From positions 780,001 to 812,000 of the forward strand of contig JANQMZ010000007.1 in NCBI GenBank assembly GCA_028279805.1: a DNA stretch of 32,000 bases, given 5' to 3'. This DNA comes from an archaeon. GTDB lineage: Archaea; Iainarchaeota; Iainarchaeia; Iainarchaeales; JANQMZ01. The notes beneath the pieces were generated by a model. The model was not told where the DNA came from and ran no database searches. It saw only the letters and a program-made list of their open reading frames with translations. The position numbers and the translations under genes are program-made. Below, piece by piece: positions 17,411-25,409 of this stretch. Within the stretch, counting starts at the first letter, position 1; every line of letters begins with the position of its first letter.

Positions 17411-18589
17411 GTGCAAGGTTTTGTTAAAAAAGCTCTTTCAAAAGCTGCTGAGATTGAAAAAAGGCCGAAGTCAAAGCCAAAAAGAATTATTGAAGCGGCT
17501 AAAAAAGCGGCAAAAAAATCATCCAAAAAGCCCAAAAAAGCTAATTTAAGCAATCAGGAACTTGACAATGTTTTAAAAACTTCAAAAGCTAAAATCAGGG
17601 TTATCGGAATTGGCGGCGGGGGCTGTAATACAATTCAAAGAATGACTGAGGTTGGAATACTTGGCTCTGAAACTTTTGCTGTTAATACTGATGCACAGGA
17701 TTTGCTTCAGACAAATTCTGATAAAAAAATTTTAATAGGCAGGGAAATAACAAAAGGCTTGGGTTCAGGGTCTGACCCTTCTGTCGGAGAAGCTTCAGCT
17801 AAGGAAAGCCATAAAGAACTGAACAAATTGTTAAAAGATTCTGATTTGCTGTTTATTACATGCGGTTTAGGCGGAGGAACAGGAACAGGTGCTTCACCGG
17901 CTATCGCTGAAATCGGAAAAAACAACAAATGTTTAACTGTGGCTGTAGTAACATTGCCTTTTACTGTTGAAGGAAAAAAAAGAATGGAAAATGCTTTGGA
18001 AGGCTTGTCAAGATTGAAAGAATTTGCAGACACTGTTATTGTAATTCCCAATGACAAAATTTTGGAAATAGCACCAGACCTGCCTGTTAATGCTGCATTT
18101 AAAGTTGCAGATGAAGTTTTGACAAATGCTGTTAAAGGAATCGTTGAACTTGTCACAAGACCTGGTTTGATTAATCTGGATTTTGCAGATTTAAGAACAA
18201 TTTTAAAAAGAGGTGGCGCGGCAATGATTGGATTAGGTGAAAGTGCATCCGGGGATACGTCAGAGGTAAGAGCACTTGAAGCTGTGGAAAACGCTTTAAC
18301 TTCACCGTTATTGGATGTTGATGTTTCAGATGCCAAAAGAGCATTGATTAATGTGATTGGTGGAAATGAAATGACTTTGCGTGAAGCTGAAATGATTGTT
18401 GAAACAGTTGCTTCAAGAATTCATGGCGACGCTCATATAATCTGGGGTGCAATGGTTAACGAGGACATGCCTAAAAGCAATATTCAGGCAATGGTTGTTG
18501 TAGCCGGAGGCAAATTTCCTTACCTGGATAATCTTGAAGGAATTGCTGAAGGAAAAGGAATTGATTTGGGCATAGAATTCGCGGACTGA
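17411..18589 (+). CDS. ftsZ: Cell division protein FtsZ with a Lys-rich N-terminal extension
   Basis: 'IRVIGIGGGGCNTIQRM', 'NTDAQDL', tubulin signature 'ITCGLGGGTGTGASP', 'NPDKIL'-type 'IPNDKILEI', 'NLDFADLRTI'; GTG start after GGGGG. Confidence 0.97.
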   Translation: MQGFVKKALSKAAEIEKRPKSKPKRIIEAAKKAAKKSSKKPKKANLSNQELDNVLKTSKAKIRVIGIGGGGCNTIQRMTEVGILGSETFAVNTDAQDLLQTNSDKKILIGREITKGLGSGSDPSVGEASAKESHKELNKLLKDSDLLFITCGLGGGTGTGASPAIAEIGKNNKCLTVAVVTLPFTVEGKKRMENALEGLSRLKEFADTVIVIPNDKILEIAPDLPVNAAFKVADEVLTNAVKGIVELVTRPGLINLDFADLRTILKRGGAAMIGLGESASGDTSEVRALEAVENALTSPLLDVDVSDAKRALINVIGGNEMTLREAEMIVETVASRIHGDAHIIWGAMVNEDMPKSNIQAMVVVAGGKFPYLDNLEGIAEGKGIDLGIEFAD

Positions 18590-18594
18590 TTTAA

Positions 18595-18780
18595 GTGAAT
18601 CCTTTAAAAGCATTGGGAGAATTCTGGGAATCAGCCAAACGGGTTTTAATTGTTTCAAAAAAACCTGACGGAAAAGAATATACTACTTTGTTAAAAATAA
18701 CGGGTTTGGGGATACTTTTAATAGGTTTTATTGGTTATGTGATTTATTTAATTTTCACTATCACGGGCCTGGGAACTTAA
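18595..18780 (+). CDS. secE: Preprotein translocase subunit SecE/Sss1
   Basis: 61-aa single-TM protein with 'ESAKRVLIVSKKPDGKEYTTLLKITGLGILLIGFIGYVIYLI', between ftsZ and nusG. Confidence 0.93.
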   Translation: MNPLKALGEFWESAKRVLIVSKKPDGKEYTTLLKITGLGILLIGFIGYVIYLIFTITGLGT

Positions 18781-18854
18781 AGCTTTAATTTAAAAGGTTT
18801 TCATTTGCCAATATTAATGCCTTTTTTTTATTATTTTTTTAAGGTTTTTTTAAA

Positions 18855-19295
18855 ATGATTTTTACTGTTAGAACCACGGTAGGACAGGAATCCTTAGTTG
18901 TAGACATACTTAAAAGAAAACTTGCAAAAGAAGAATTAAACATTTACGCTCTGGGAGTCATTCCCGGATTGAAAGGTTATATTTTAATTGAAGCTGACAA
19001 TGAAGTAACAGTTCAAAGAGGCATAACTGACACTCCTCATATTAAAGGCAGGGGAATTGTCGGCGGGGAAATAAAACTTGAAGAATTGTCATCATTATTA
19101 GAATCAAAACCTTTAATGAAAAGCATTAAGGAAGGGGACATGGTTCAAATAATTGCCGGCCCGTTTAACAAAGAAAAGGCCCGTGTGAAAAGAATTAATC
19201 CGACAAAAGAAGATGTTACTCTGGAATTATTGGAAGCTGCTGTTAAAATTCCTATTACAATTAAAGCAGAACACATAAGGGTTATAAGAGATTAA
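18855..19295 (+). CDS. spt5: Transcription elongation factor Spt5/NusG (NGN + KOW)
   Basis: 'GLKGYILIEADNEVTVQRGITDTPHIKG' and KOW 'EGDMVQIIAGPFNKEKARVKRIN'. Confidence 0.95.
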   Translation: MIFTVRTTVGQESLVVDILKRKLAKEELNIYALGVIPGLKGYILIEADNEVTVQRGITDTPHIKGRGIVGGEIKLEELSSLLESKPLMKSIKEGDMVQIIAGPFNKEKARVKRINPTKEDVTLELLEAAVKIPITIKAEHIRVIRD

Positions 19296-19309
19296 AAAAA
19301 GGTGAAAAA

Positions 19310-19783
19310 ATGTCAAAAGTTAGTGTAATGATTGAGGGAGGAAAAGCAACAGCTGCTGCTCCGCTTGGCCCGGCTTTAGGTCCTTTAGGTGTTGATGTTG
19401 GGGCAATTGTTGACAAAATTAATGAAAAAACTGCAACTTTTAACGGAATGAAAGTTCCGGTTGAAATAGAGGTTAATTCTGATAAAACTTTTGAAGTTAG
19501 TGTGGGCACACCTCCAATGAGTGCTTTGATTAAAAAAGAATTAAATCTGCAAAAAGCAGCGGGAAACCCGAAAACAGAAAAAGCCGGAAACATATCCTTA
19601 GAACAGGTTAAAAATATTGCAAAATCAAAACAGGACAGTTTGTCTTCCTATAAATTAAAATCTTCAGTTAAAGAAGTTGTGGGAACCTGTGACAGCATGG
19701 GAATTTATGTTGAAGGAAAAAAAGCATCAGAATTCATTAAAGATATTGAATCAGGGCAATACGATTCACAGCTTCAGGAATAA
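19310..19783 (+). CDS. rpl11: 50S ribosomal protein L11
   Basis: 'MIEGGKATAAAPLGPALGPLGVDVGAIVDKINEKT', 'GTPPMSALIKKEL', 'VKEVVGTCDSMGIYVEGK'. Confidence 0.96.
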   Translation: MSKVSVMIEGGKATAAAPLGPALGPLGVDVGAIVDKINEKTATFNGMKVPVEIEVNSDKTFEVSVGTPPMSALIKKELNLQKAAGNPKTEKAGNISLEQVKNIAKSKQDSLSSYKLKSSVKEVVGTCDSMGIYVEGKKASEFIKDIESGQYDSQLQE

Positions 19784-19867
19784 AGCTATTTAAACCTTTT
19801 CACACAATTTTAATGTTATAGCCTAATTTTAGGCCGTTTTCACTGCTTCATGCAGGAGGTTTTCAAG

Positions 19868-20521
19868 TTGAATGAAAAAGAAATTCTGACAGCTTTAGAG
19901 CAAATGGAAAAAAATTCAAAAAAAAGAAAATTTGAACAAACAATAGAATTAACCATAAATTTTAAGGATATGGATCCAAAAAAAGCTGACAATCAAATTG
20001 ATGTAAAAGTTAATTTTCCGCATTCAACAGGAAGAGGCTCAGGAAAAGCTTTGCTTTTTGCAAAAACAAAAGAATTTGCAGACAAAGTAAAAGAATTATT
20101 TGCAACAATTATAATGGAAGACAAAATTTCAGAATTAAAAAAAACAGATATTGCAAAAATTTTAGAACATGATGTTTTGCTGGCGGAAGGGTCTGCAATG
20201 CTAACAGTCGGAAAACATTTAGGGCAGGATTTAGCTCCCAAAGGAAAAATGCCAAAACCAATAACTCCGCAACAGGCTGATGAAATTAAAAATATTGTAT
20301 CAAGCGCCAAATCTTCAGTAAGAATTACAAACAAAAAAGGAAAAGGCATTCCTTTGGTTCAGGTTGTTGTAGGAAAAGAATCATTTAAAGAAAAAGATTT
20401 GGCTGAAAACATTCTGACTGCGGTTAAGGCAGTGGAAAATGTTTTGCCTAAAAAAAAGCAGAACATTAAATCAATCTTTGTTAAAAAAACAATGGGACAG
20501 GCAATAAGGGTGAGCATATGA
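19868..20521 (+). CDS. rpl1: 50S ribosomal protein L1; start refined to TTG 19868
   Basis: 'FPHSTGRGSGKALLFAKTKEF', 'ILEHDVLLAEGSAMLTVGKHLGQDLAPKGKMPKPI'. GGAGGT at 19855-19860 sits 7 nt before TTG 19868 and lies inside the longer ATG-19850 version. Confidence 0.94.
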   Translation: MNEKEILTALEQMEKNSKKRKFEQTIELTINFKDMDPKKADNQIDVKVNFPHSTGRGSGKALLFAKTKEFADKVKELFATIIMEDKISELKKTDIAKILEHDVLLAEGSAMLTVGKHLGQDLAPKGKMPKPITPQQADEIKNIVSSAKSSVRITNKKGKGIPLVQVVVGKESFKEKDLAENILTAVKAVENVLPKKKQNIKSIFVKKTMGQAIRVSI

Positions 20522-21606
20522 AACAGCACACATTGCAATGGAAAAAAACAGAATTAGAATCAATAAAAGAATCATTACAACAATATCCTGTTATTGGAAT
20601 TGTAGATTTAACAATGTTGCCGGCTCAATTGTTTGCAGATGTCAGAAAAAAACTTTACCCTGAATCAAAAATTAAGGTCACAAAAACAAGAATTTTAAAA
20701 AGAGCTTTGGATGATGCAAATATTGATTTTAAAGGCCTGAATGAACTGGTTGAAGGGCCGGTCGGAATCATTTTAACATCCAAAAATCCTTTTGAATTAT
20801 ATTCTTTTATTAAAAAAAACAGAACCAATGCACCGGCAAAACCGGGCATAGAAGCGCCAAATGATATTATTGTTCCCGCCGGAGACACTGGTTTGCCTCC
20901 TGGACCCGCTTTAAGCACTTTAAAGGCTGCCGGACTGGAAACAAAAGTTCAGGGGCCTACAATTGAAGTTGCTGCAGATAAAATTGTTACAAAGCAAGGT
21001 GAAATAGTTTCACAGGAAGTTGCAACTGTTTTGTCAACTTTAAATATTAAACCTTTAAAAGTCGGGTTAAAAATTTTAGGCGTGTTTGAAAAAGGCACAA
21101 TTTTCAAGCCTGAAGTTCTGGATATTGACACTGAACAAATGTTTAATGATTTTGTTTCAGCTCATTCAAAAGCATTCAATTTGGCTTTCAGTATTGGTTA
21201 TACAACAAAAGAAAACATTGAATTGTTTTTGCAAAAAGCATTCAACGATTCAAAAACACTGGCATTGGAAGCAAATGTTTTAACAAAAGAAACAACTCCT
21301 CAATTGCTGGCAAAAGCTTCAATGCAGGCAAAAGCATTACAATCAGCTTTGCCTGAACCAACAGAAACAAAATCTGATGAACAAAAAGAAGAAACTGGTG
21401 CAAAAGAGGAAAAAGAAGAAGAACCGGAACAAAAAGAAACAACGGAAGAAAAAGAACAAAGTGAAGAATCAAAAGAACAGGAACAGCCAAAAGAACCGGA
21501 AGAAAAATCTGAAGAAGCAAACGAAGAGAAAACAAAGGAAGAACCAACACAAGAAACTGAAAAAGAAAAACCAAGTGAAACAAAAGAAGAGGAGAAAAAA
21601 GAATAA
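20518..21606 (+). CDS. rpl10: 50S ribosomal protein L10 (P0) with a long acidic/charged C-terminal tail
   Basis: 'IGIVDLTMLPAQLFADVRKKL', 'EAPNDIIVPAGDTGLPPGPALSTLKAAGLETKVQGPTIEVAADKIVTKQGEIVS'; ATGA overlap with rpl1. Confidence 0.94.
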   Translation: MKQHTLQWKKTELESIKESLQQYPVIGIVDLTMLPAQLFADVRKKLYPESKIKVTKTRILKRALDDANIDFKGLNELVEGPVGIILTSKNPFELYSFIKKNRTNAPAKPGIEAPNDIIVPAGDTGLPPGPALSTLKAAGLETKVQGPTIEVAADKIVTKQGEIVSQEVATVLSTLNIKPLKVGLKILGVFEKGTIFKPEVLDIDTEQMFNDFVSAHSKAFNLAFSIGYTTKENIELFLQKAFNDSKTLALEANVLTKETTPQLLAKASMQAKALQSALPEPTETKSDEQKEETGAKEEKEEEPEQKETTEEKEQSEESKEQEQPKEPEEKSEEANEEKTKEEPTQETEKEKPSETKEEEKKE

Positions 21607-21630
21607 TTTTTATTTTTAAGAGGTGAAAAT

Positions 21631-21948
21631 ATGGAATATATCTATTCTGCAATGTTGTTGCATTCTGCTGGAAAAGAAGTTTCAGAAGAATCAGTAACAT
21701 CTGTTCTGAAATCAGCCGGAATTAAAGCTGATGATGGCAGAGTCAAAGCATTAGTTGCATCTTTAAAAGATGTTAACATTGATGAAGCCATTGAAAAAGC
21801 TGCTGTTGCTCCAGCTGCTGCTCCTGCTGCCGCTGCACCTGCTGCGGATGCACAAGGAGGAGAAGAAAAAGCTGAAGAAAAAAAACAGGAAGACAGTGGT
21901 AAATCAGAAGAAGAAGCTGCAGAAGGATTAGGCGCCTTATTCGGCTAA
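21631..21948 (+). CDS. rpl12: 50S ribosomal protein L12 (P1/P2 type)
   Basis: '[31 protein letters not shown]', Ala-rich hinge, acidic tail ending 'GLGALFG'. Confidence 0.96.
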   Translation: MEYIYSAMLLHSAGKEVSEESVTSVLKSAGIKADDGRVKALVASLKDVNIDEAIEKAAVAPAAAPAAAAPAADAQGGEEKAEEKKQEDSGKSEEEAAEGLGALFG

Positions 21949-21985
21949 TAATCCTTTTTTTTTTATTTTTAGCCATTTCGGCTTT

Positions 21986-23215
21986 TTAGGTTAATAAAAG
22001 CCTTAAGTAAAACAATGGTGAGAAAAACTGTTGTTTTGCATCTTCGTTGGCCAGCATGCCTGAAATAATTTTTGCCACTTCCTGTTTGGCTGCTGCTTTT
22101 TTTACAATAAAATTTAACAAAGTATAATTCCTGCCAATTATCTGCAAACGCCTGCTTGTTTTTAATTCCCCTGTTAATAATTGTCTTAATTCTTTTTCAT
22201 ATTGTGATAAAAAGTTTGCAGAAAGATCATTTGTTTTAATTGCCTGTTTTGCATATTTTGCCGCCAGTCTTCCTGAAAACATTGCATTGCCAACACCCTC
22301 CCCGGTAAAAGGGTCAATTAGTGAAGCTGCATCTCCGATTAACATGTAACCCGGGCCGTGGCATTTTCTTATTTTTGAACCCAATGGCAAATTCCAGCCT
22401 TTTACTTCGTCCAATTGCTTTGCATTTTTGAATCTTTTTTTAAACAATGGATTGTTTTCAATTGCATCAAACATTGCTTCTTTCAGGTTGACATTTTTTT
22501 TTCTCATTTCACTTGCAAGCATTCCCGCTCCGACATTTGCTTTGCCGTCTTCAATTGGAAAAATCCAGAAATAACCTGGCATTGTTTCATCAATAAAATG
22601 CAATTCAATGTTATCAGTTAAATCTTCAATATTATCATAATAGACTCTTATTGCCGCAACCAAATGTTCCGGATCACGGTCCACTAACCCTAATTTATTT
22701 GCAACAATTGAATTTGCTCCGTCTGCTCCAATAACAATTTTTGAATAAAATTCCTGTTCTTTTCCCTGCTTGTTAATTCCTTTCACGCCAATTATTTGTT
22801 CCCCGTTTTTTAACAAATCTGTTACTATAAAATTTTCAATGCATTTATCAACAACTTTTTTTGCATTTTGAAACCAAATATTATCAGCAACTTCTCTGCG
22901 TGCAACATATCCATGGGTTCTTGCAGGGCTGTCAGCCATATTGAAAGGAATTGTCACTTCTGTTCCGTCCGGTGAAGAAAAAATGACTCCTTCAATTTTT
23001 TCATGTTCTTTTTTTTCCAAATCTTTATCCCAGCCTAATTCCCTGATAACACTCATGCTTTTTCCGCTGATTGCATCACCGCAGATTTTGTCTCTGGGAA
23101 ACCGGCTTTTTTCAAGCAATAAAACGCTTAAACCGTGTTTTTTCATTAAACCGGAACAGGTTGATCCTCCCGGTCCTCCGCCAACCACAATAACATCAAA
23201 TTCTTCTTTTGCCAT
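21986..23215 (-). CDS. Geranylgeranyl reductase family FAD-dependent protein; start refined to ATG 23215
   Basis: 'DVIVVGGGPGGSTCSGLMKKHGLSVLLLEKSRFPRDKICGDAISGK', 'VIGADGANSIVANKLG', 'MLIGDAASLIDPFTGEGVGNAMFSGRLAA'. The GTG start at 23224 falls in the apparent RBS (GGTG). Confidence 0.9.
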   Translation of the reverse strand: MAKEEFDVIVVGGGPGGSTCSGLMKKHGLSVLLLEKSRFPRDKICGDAISGKSMSVIRELGWDKDLEKKEHEKIEGVIFSSPDGTEVTIPFNMADSPARTHGYVARREVADNIWFQNAKKVVDKCIENFIVTDLLKNGEQIIGVKGINKQGKEQEFYSKIVIGADGANSIVANKLGLVDRDPEHLVAAIRVYYDNIEDLTDNIELHFIDETMPGYFWIFPIEDGKANVGAGMLASEMRKKNVNLKEAMFDAIENNPLFKKRFKNAKQLDEVKGWNLPLGSKIRKCHGPGYMLIGDAASLIDPFTGEGVGNAMFSGRLAAKYAKQAIKTNDLSANFLSQYEKELRQLLTGELKTSRRLQIIGRNYTLLNFIVKKAAAKQEVAKIISGMLANEDAKQQFFSPLFYLRLLLT

Positions 23216-23288
23216 TTTTTTCACCTAAAAAGTAGTTGTTTTCATACTTAAATCTTATTCCAAATTTTGTGAGGCAAAAGCATTAAAA

Positions 23289-25409
23289 ATGAAACTTTTA
23301 CATTTTTATTGCATGAAAAAACGGTTTTTTATTTTAAATTTTTTTTTCTTATTTTTAATTTTAAATGCTTTTACAGTTTATGCAGTTGTTGAATATTCTT
23401 CAATGCCCATTTTTGCGGTAACTGATACTGATGAAGCATTGAGAGCTGACTTGGATTTGAATCTTATTCCGGGAGGAACCGCTGATTCTTTTTTTTCCTC
23501 CAAATCAGTGAATGTCGGAACATCTACTCAAACAACCGGAAGAATTGCTGTTGCTTTGGCTGAAAATTATTCAGATGATTCTAAAAAATATGATTATAAG
23601 TTTAATATTAAAACACAGGCAGTTGAAGTGGACGGCCCGAGTGCGGGAGCAGCAATGGCTTTGCTTGTAATTTCTTCTCTGCAGGATAAAAGCTTACCGG
23701 GCAATGTTGCGGTAACCGGAACAATTACTCCTGACGGAATTGTGGGCCCTGTTGGCGGTGTTTTTTTTAAAGTGCAGGAATCTTCAAAGCACGGAATTGA
23801 TTTGTTTATGATTCCACGCGGGGAAGGAATTCAAACTGTTAAGCTTGACGGAAAAATTCAAACAGTTGATTTGATTCAGCATGCTTTTGACGAATGGAAT
23901 TTAAAAGTTGTTGAAGTGAGAACAATTGATGATGTTTTAAAACTTGCTTTTGAAAATGTTGAAAAAATTGATATAACCGAACAGTCCTCTGAAAGAGAAC
24001 CCATTTTTAAGCCCAAAGAAATTCAGATTAACGGAAAATTAAATGTAATGAAAGATGTTTTTTTTGAAATTTTAGAAAAATCCGAACAATCCCTTGAAGA
24101 ATCAAAACAGGCTTTAAATCAAACAACGATCGATGACCATTATGCTTTGTCTATTTTGCTGGAATATCAAAGATTTGCTGAAAGAAATTATGAGGAATCT
24201 TCTTTGTTGTTTGACCAGAATTATCTTTATTCTTCAGCAAACACAGCATATCTTTCACTTGTATATTCTTCTCTTGTTAAGGATATTGCCCAAAACCCTG
24301 TATTGCTTGAATTAGATTCTGATTTTTTTAACCAAAAATTAACCGATTTGTCTGATAAAATAGATGAGTTTGAGAACAGTTTTTCTGAGAGGCTTCCGGT
24401 GGATTTGCTTGAATGGAACATTTCCTCAAAACAGAGGCTTTTATGGGCTAAAAATTTTGTTCAAAATCTTTTAACAGTCAAAACAGTTGTTCTTGATAAT
24501 AATGAAAGGCAGAAAATAAATATTGCAGTTTCGAATGTTGAATCTTTTCATTTTGCAAAAGAATGGCTTAATGTTTCAAAACAATTTTATGAAATTTCAA
24601 AAAAGTCAAATTCTTTTGCGGTTCAGGGAGAAGAATTTTCGGATTTTGCAGATGTTTTAATTAGTGAAGCTGAAAATGCTGTAAGTTCTGTTGATATTGA
24701 AGAATCTGAGGATGTTACAAGAAGACTTAACAGTTCAAGGATTGCCAGGGAAAAAGGATGGAATGTTTCATCTGCGACTGATGCTTTTTCAGCAATTGCT
24801 TTAAACAATTCAAGAATTCGTTCACAGAATCAATCTTTGGAGCAGCTTGTAACTTTTTTGGAAGAAAAAATCACAGACCTTGAGCAAAGAATGTCTGAAT
24901 CAGGAAGAGATTTTTTATGGCCGCAGCTTTATCTGGATCATGCTAAATATTTTCTGGAAGCGTCTGCTTTTTATGAAAGCGAAGGGCTTAACACTTCTGC
25001 AATTGACAGGGCAAAATCTGGTTTAAGTTTGGTTTTTTTGGCGGAAGGAGTTTTTGAGGTAACAGATGAAGCTTATAATTTTTATGAAAATGTTCCTGTG
25101 CAAAATTTATCAATTCCTCCGGTAGAAGATGACACAATTTTTATTTTTTTAATTATAATTGCAGGAACACTTGTTTTTGGCATTATTTTAAAATTGTTAC
25201 ATTCAAAACAGGATAAAAAAATTGAAAATATTTCAAGCCTTATAAGAAAAAGAGAACTTTTGCATAAAAAAGAATTAAAAATTAAAAAACAGGAAAGGCT
25301 TATTGAAAGAAAAATAAGAAAAGCGAAAGACAAACCTAAACCAAAAAAATTTGCTTTTAAGCCTAAAAAGGCTAAAAAAGGCAAAAAAGAAGATTATGAT
25401 ATGTATTAA
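23289..25409 (+). CDS. Membrane-anchored Lon-type (S16) protease-like protein without an AAA+ domain
   Basis: N-terminal signal/TM, 'VDGPSAGAAMALLVISSLQDKSLPGNVAVTGTITPDGIVGPVGGVFFKVQESSKHG' (catalytic Ser and Lys), C-terminal TM 'DDTIFIFLIIIAGTLVFGIILKLL' followed by a Lys-rich tail. Confidence 0.9.
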   Translation: MKLLHFYCMKKRFFILNFFFLFLILNAFTVYAVVEYSSMPIFAVTDTDEALRADLDLNLIPGGTADSFFSSKSVNVGTSTQTTGRIAVALAENYSDDSKKYDYKFNIKTQAVEVDGPSAGAAMALLVISSLQDKSLPGNVAVTGTITPDGIVGPVGGVFFKVQESSKHGIDLFMIPRGEGIQTVKLDGKIQTVDLIQHAFDEWNLKVVEVRTIDDVLKLAFENVEKIDITEQSSEREPIFKPKEIQINGKLNVMKDVFFEILEKSEQSLEESKQALNQTTIDDHYALSILLEYQRFAERNYEESSLLFDQNYLYSSANTAYLSLVYSSLVKDIAQNPVLLELDSDFFNQKLTDLSDKIDEFENSFSERLPVDLLEWNISSKQRLLWAKNFVQNLLTVKTVVLDNNERQKINIAVSNVESFHFAKEWLNVSKQFYEISKKSNSFAVQGEEFSDFADVLISEAENAVSSVDIEESEDVTRRLNSSRIAREKGWNVSSATDAFSAIALNNSRIRSQNQSLEQLVTFLEEKITDLEQRMSESGRDFLWPQLYLDHAKYFLEASAFYESEGLNTSAIDRAKSGLSLVFLAEGVFEVTDEAYNFYENVPVQNLSIPPVEDDTIFIFLIIIAGTLVFGIILKLLHSKQDKKIENISSLIRKRELLHKKELKIKKQERLIERKIRKAKDKPKPKKFAFKPKKAKKGKKEDYDMY

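Noticed and set aside
17707-18336. 209-aa minus-strand ORF
   Set aside because: Fully antisense to ftsZ, a well-supported gene; no recognisable domain.
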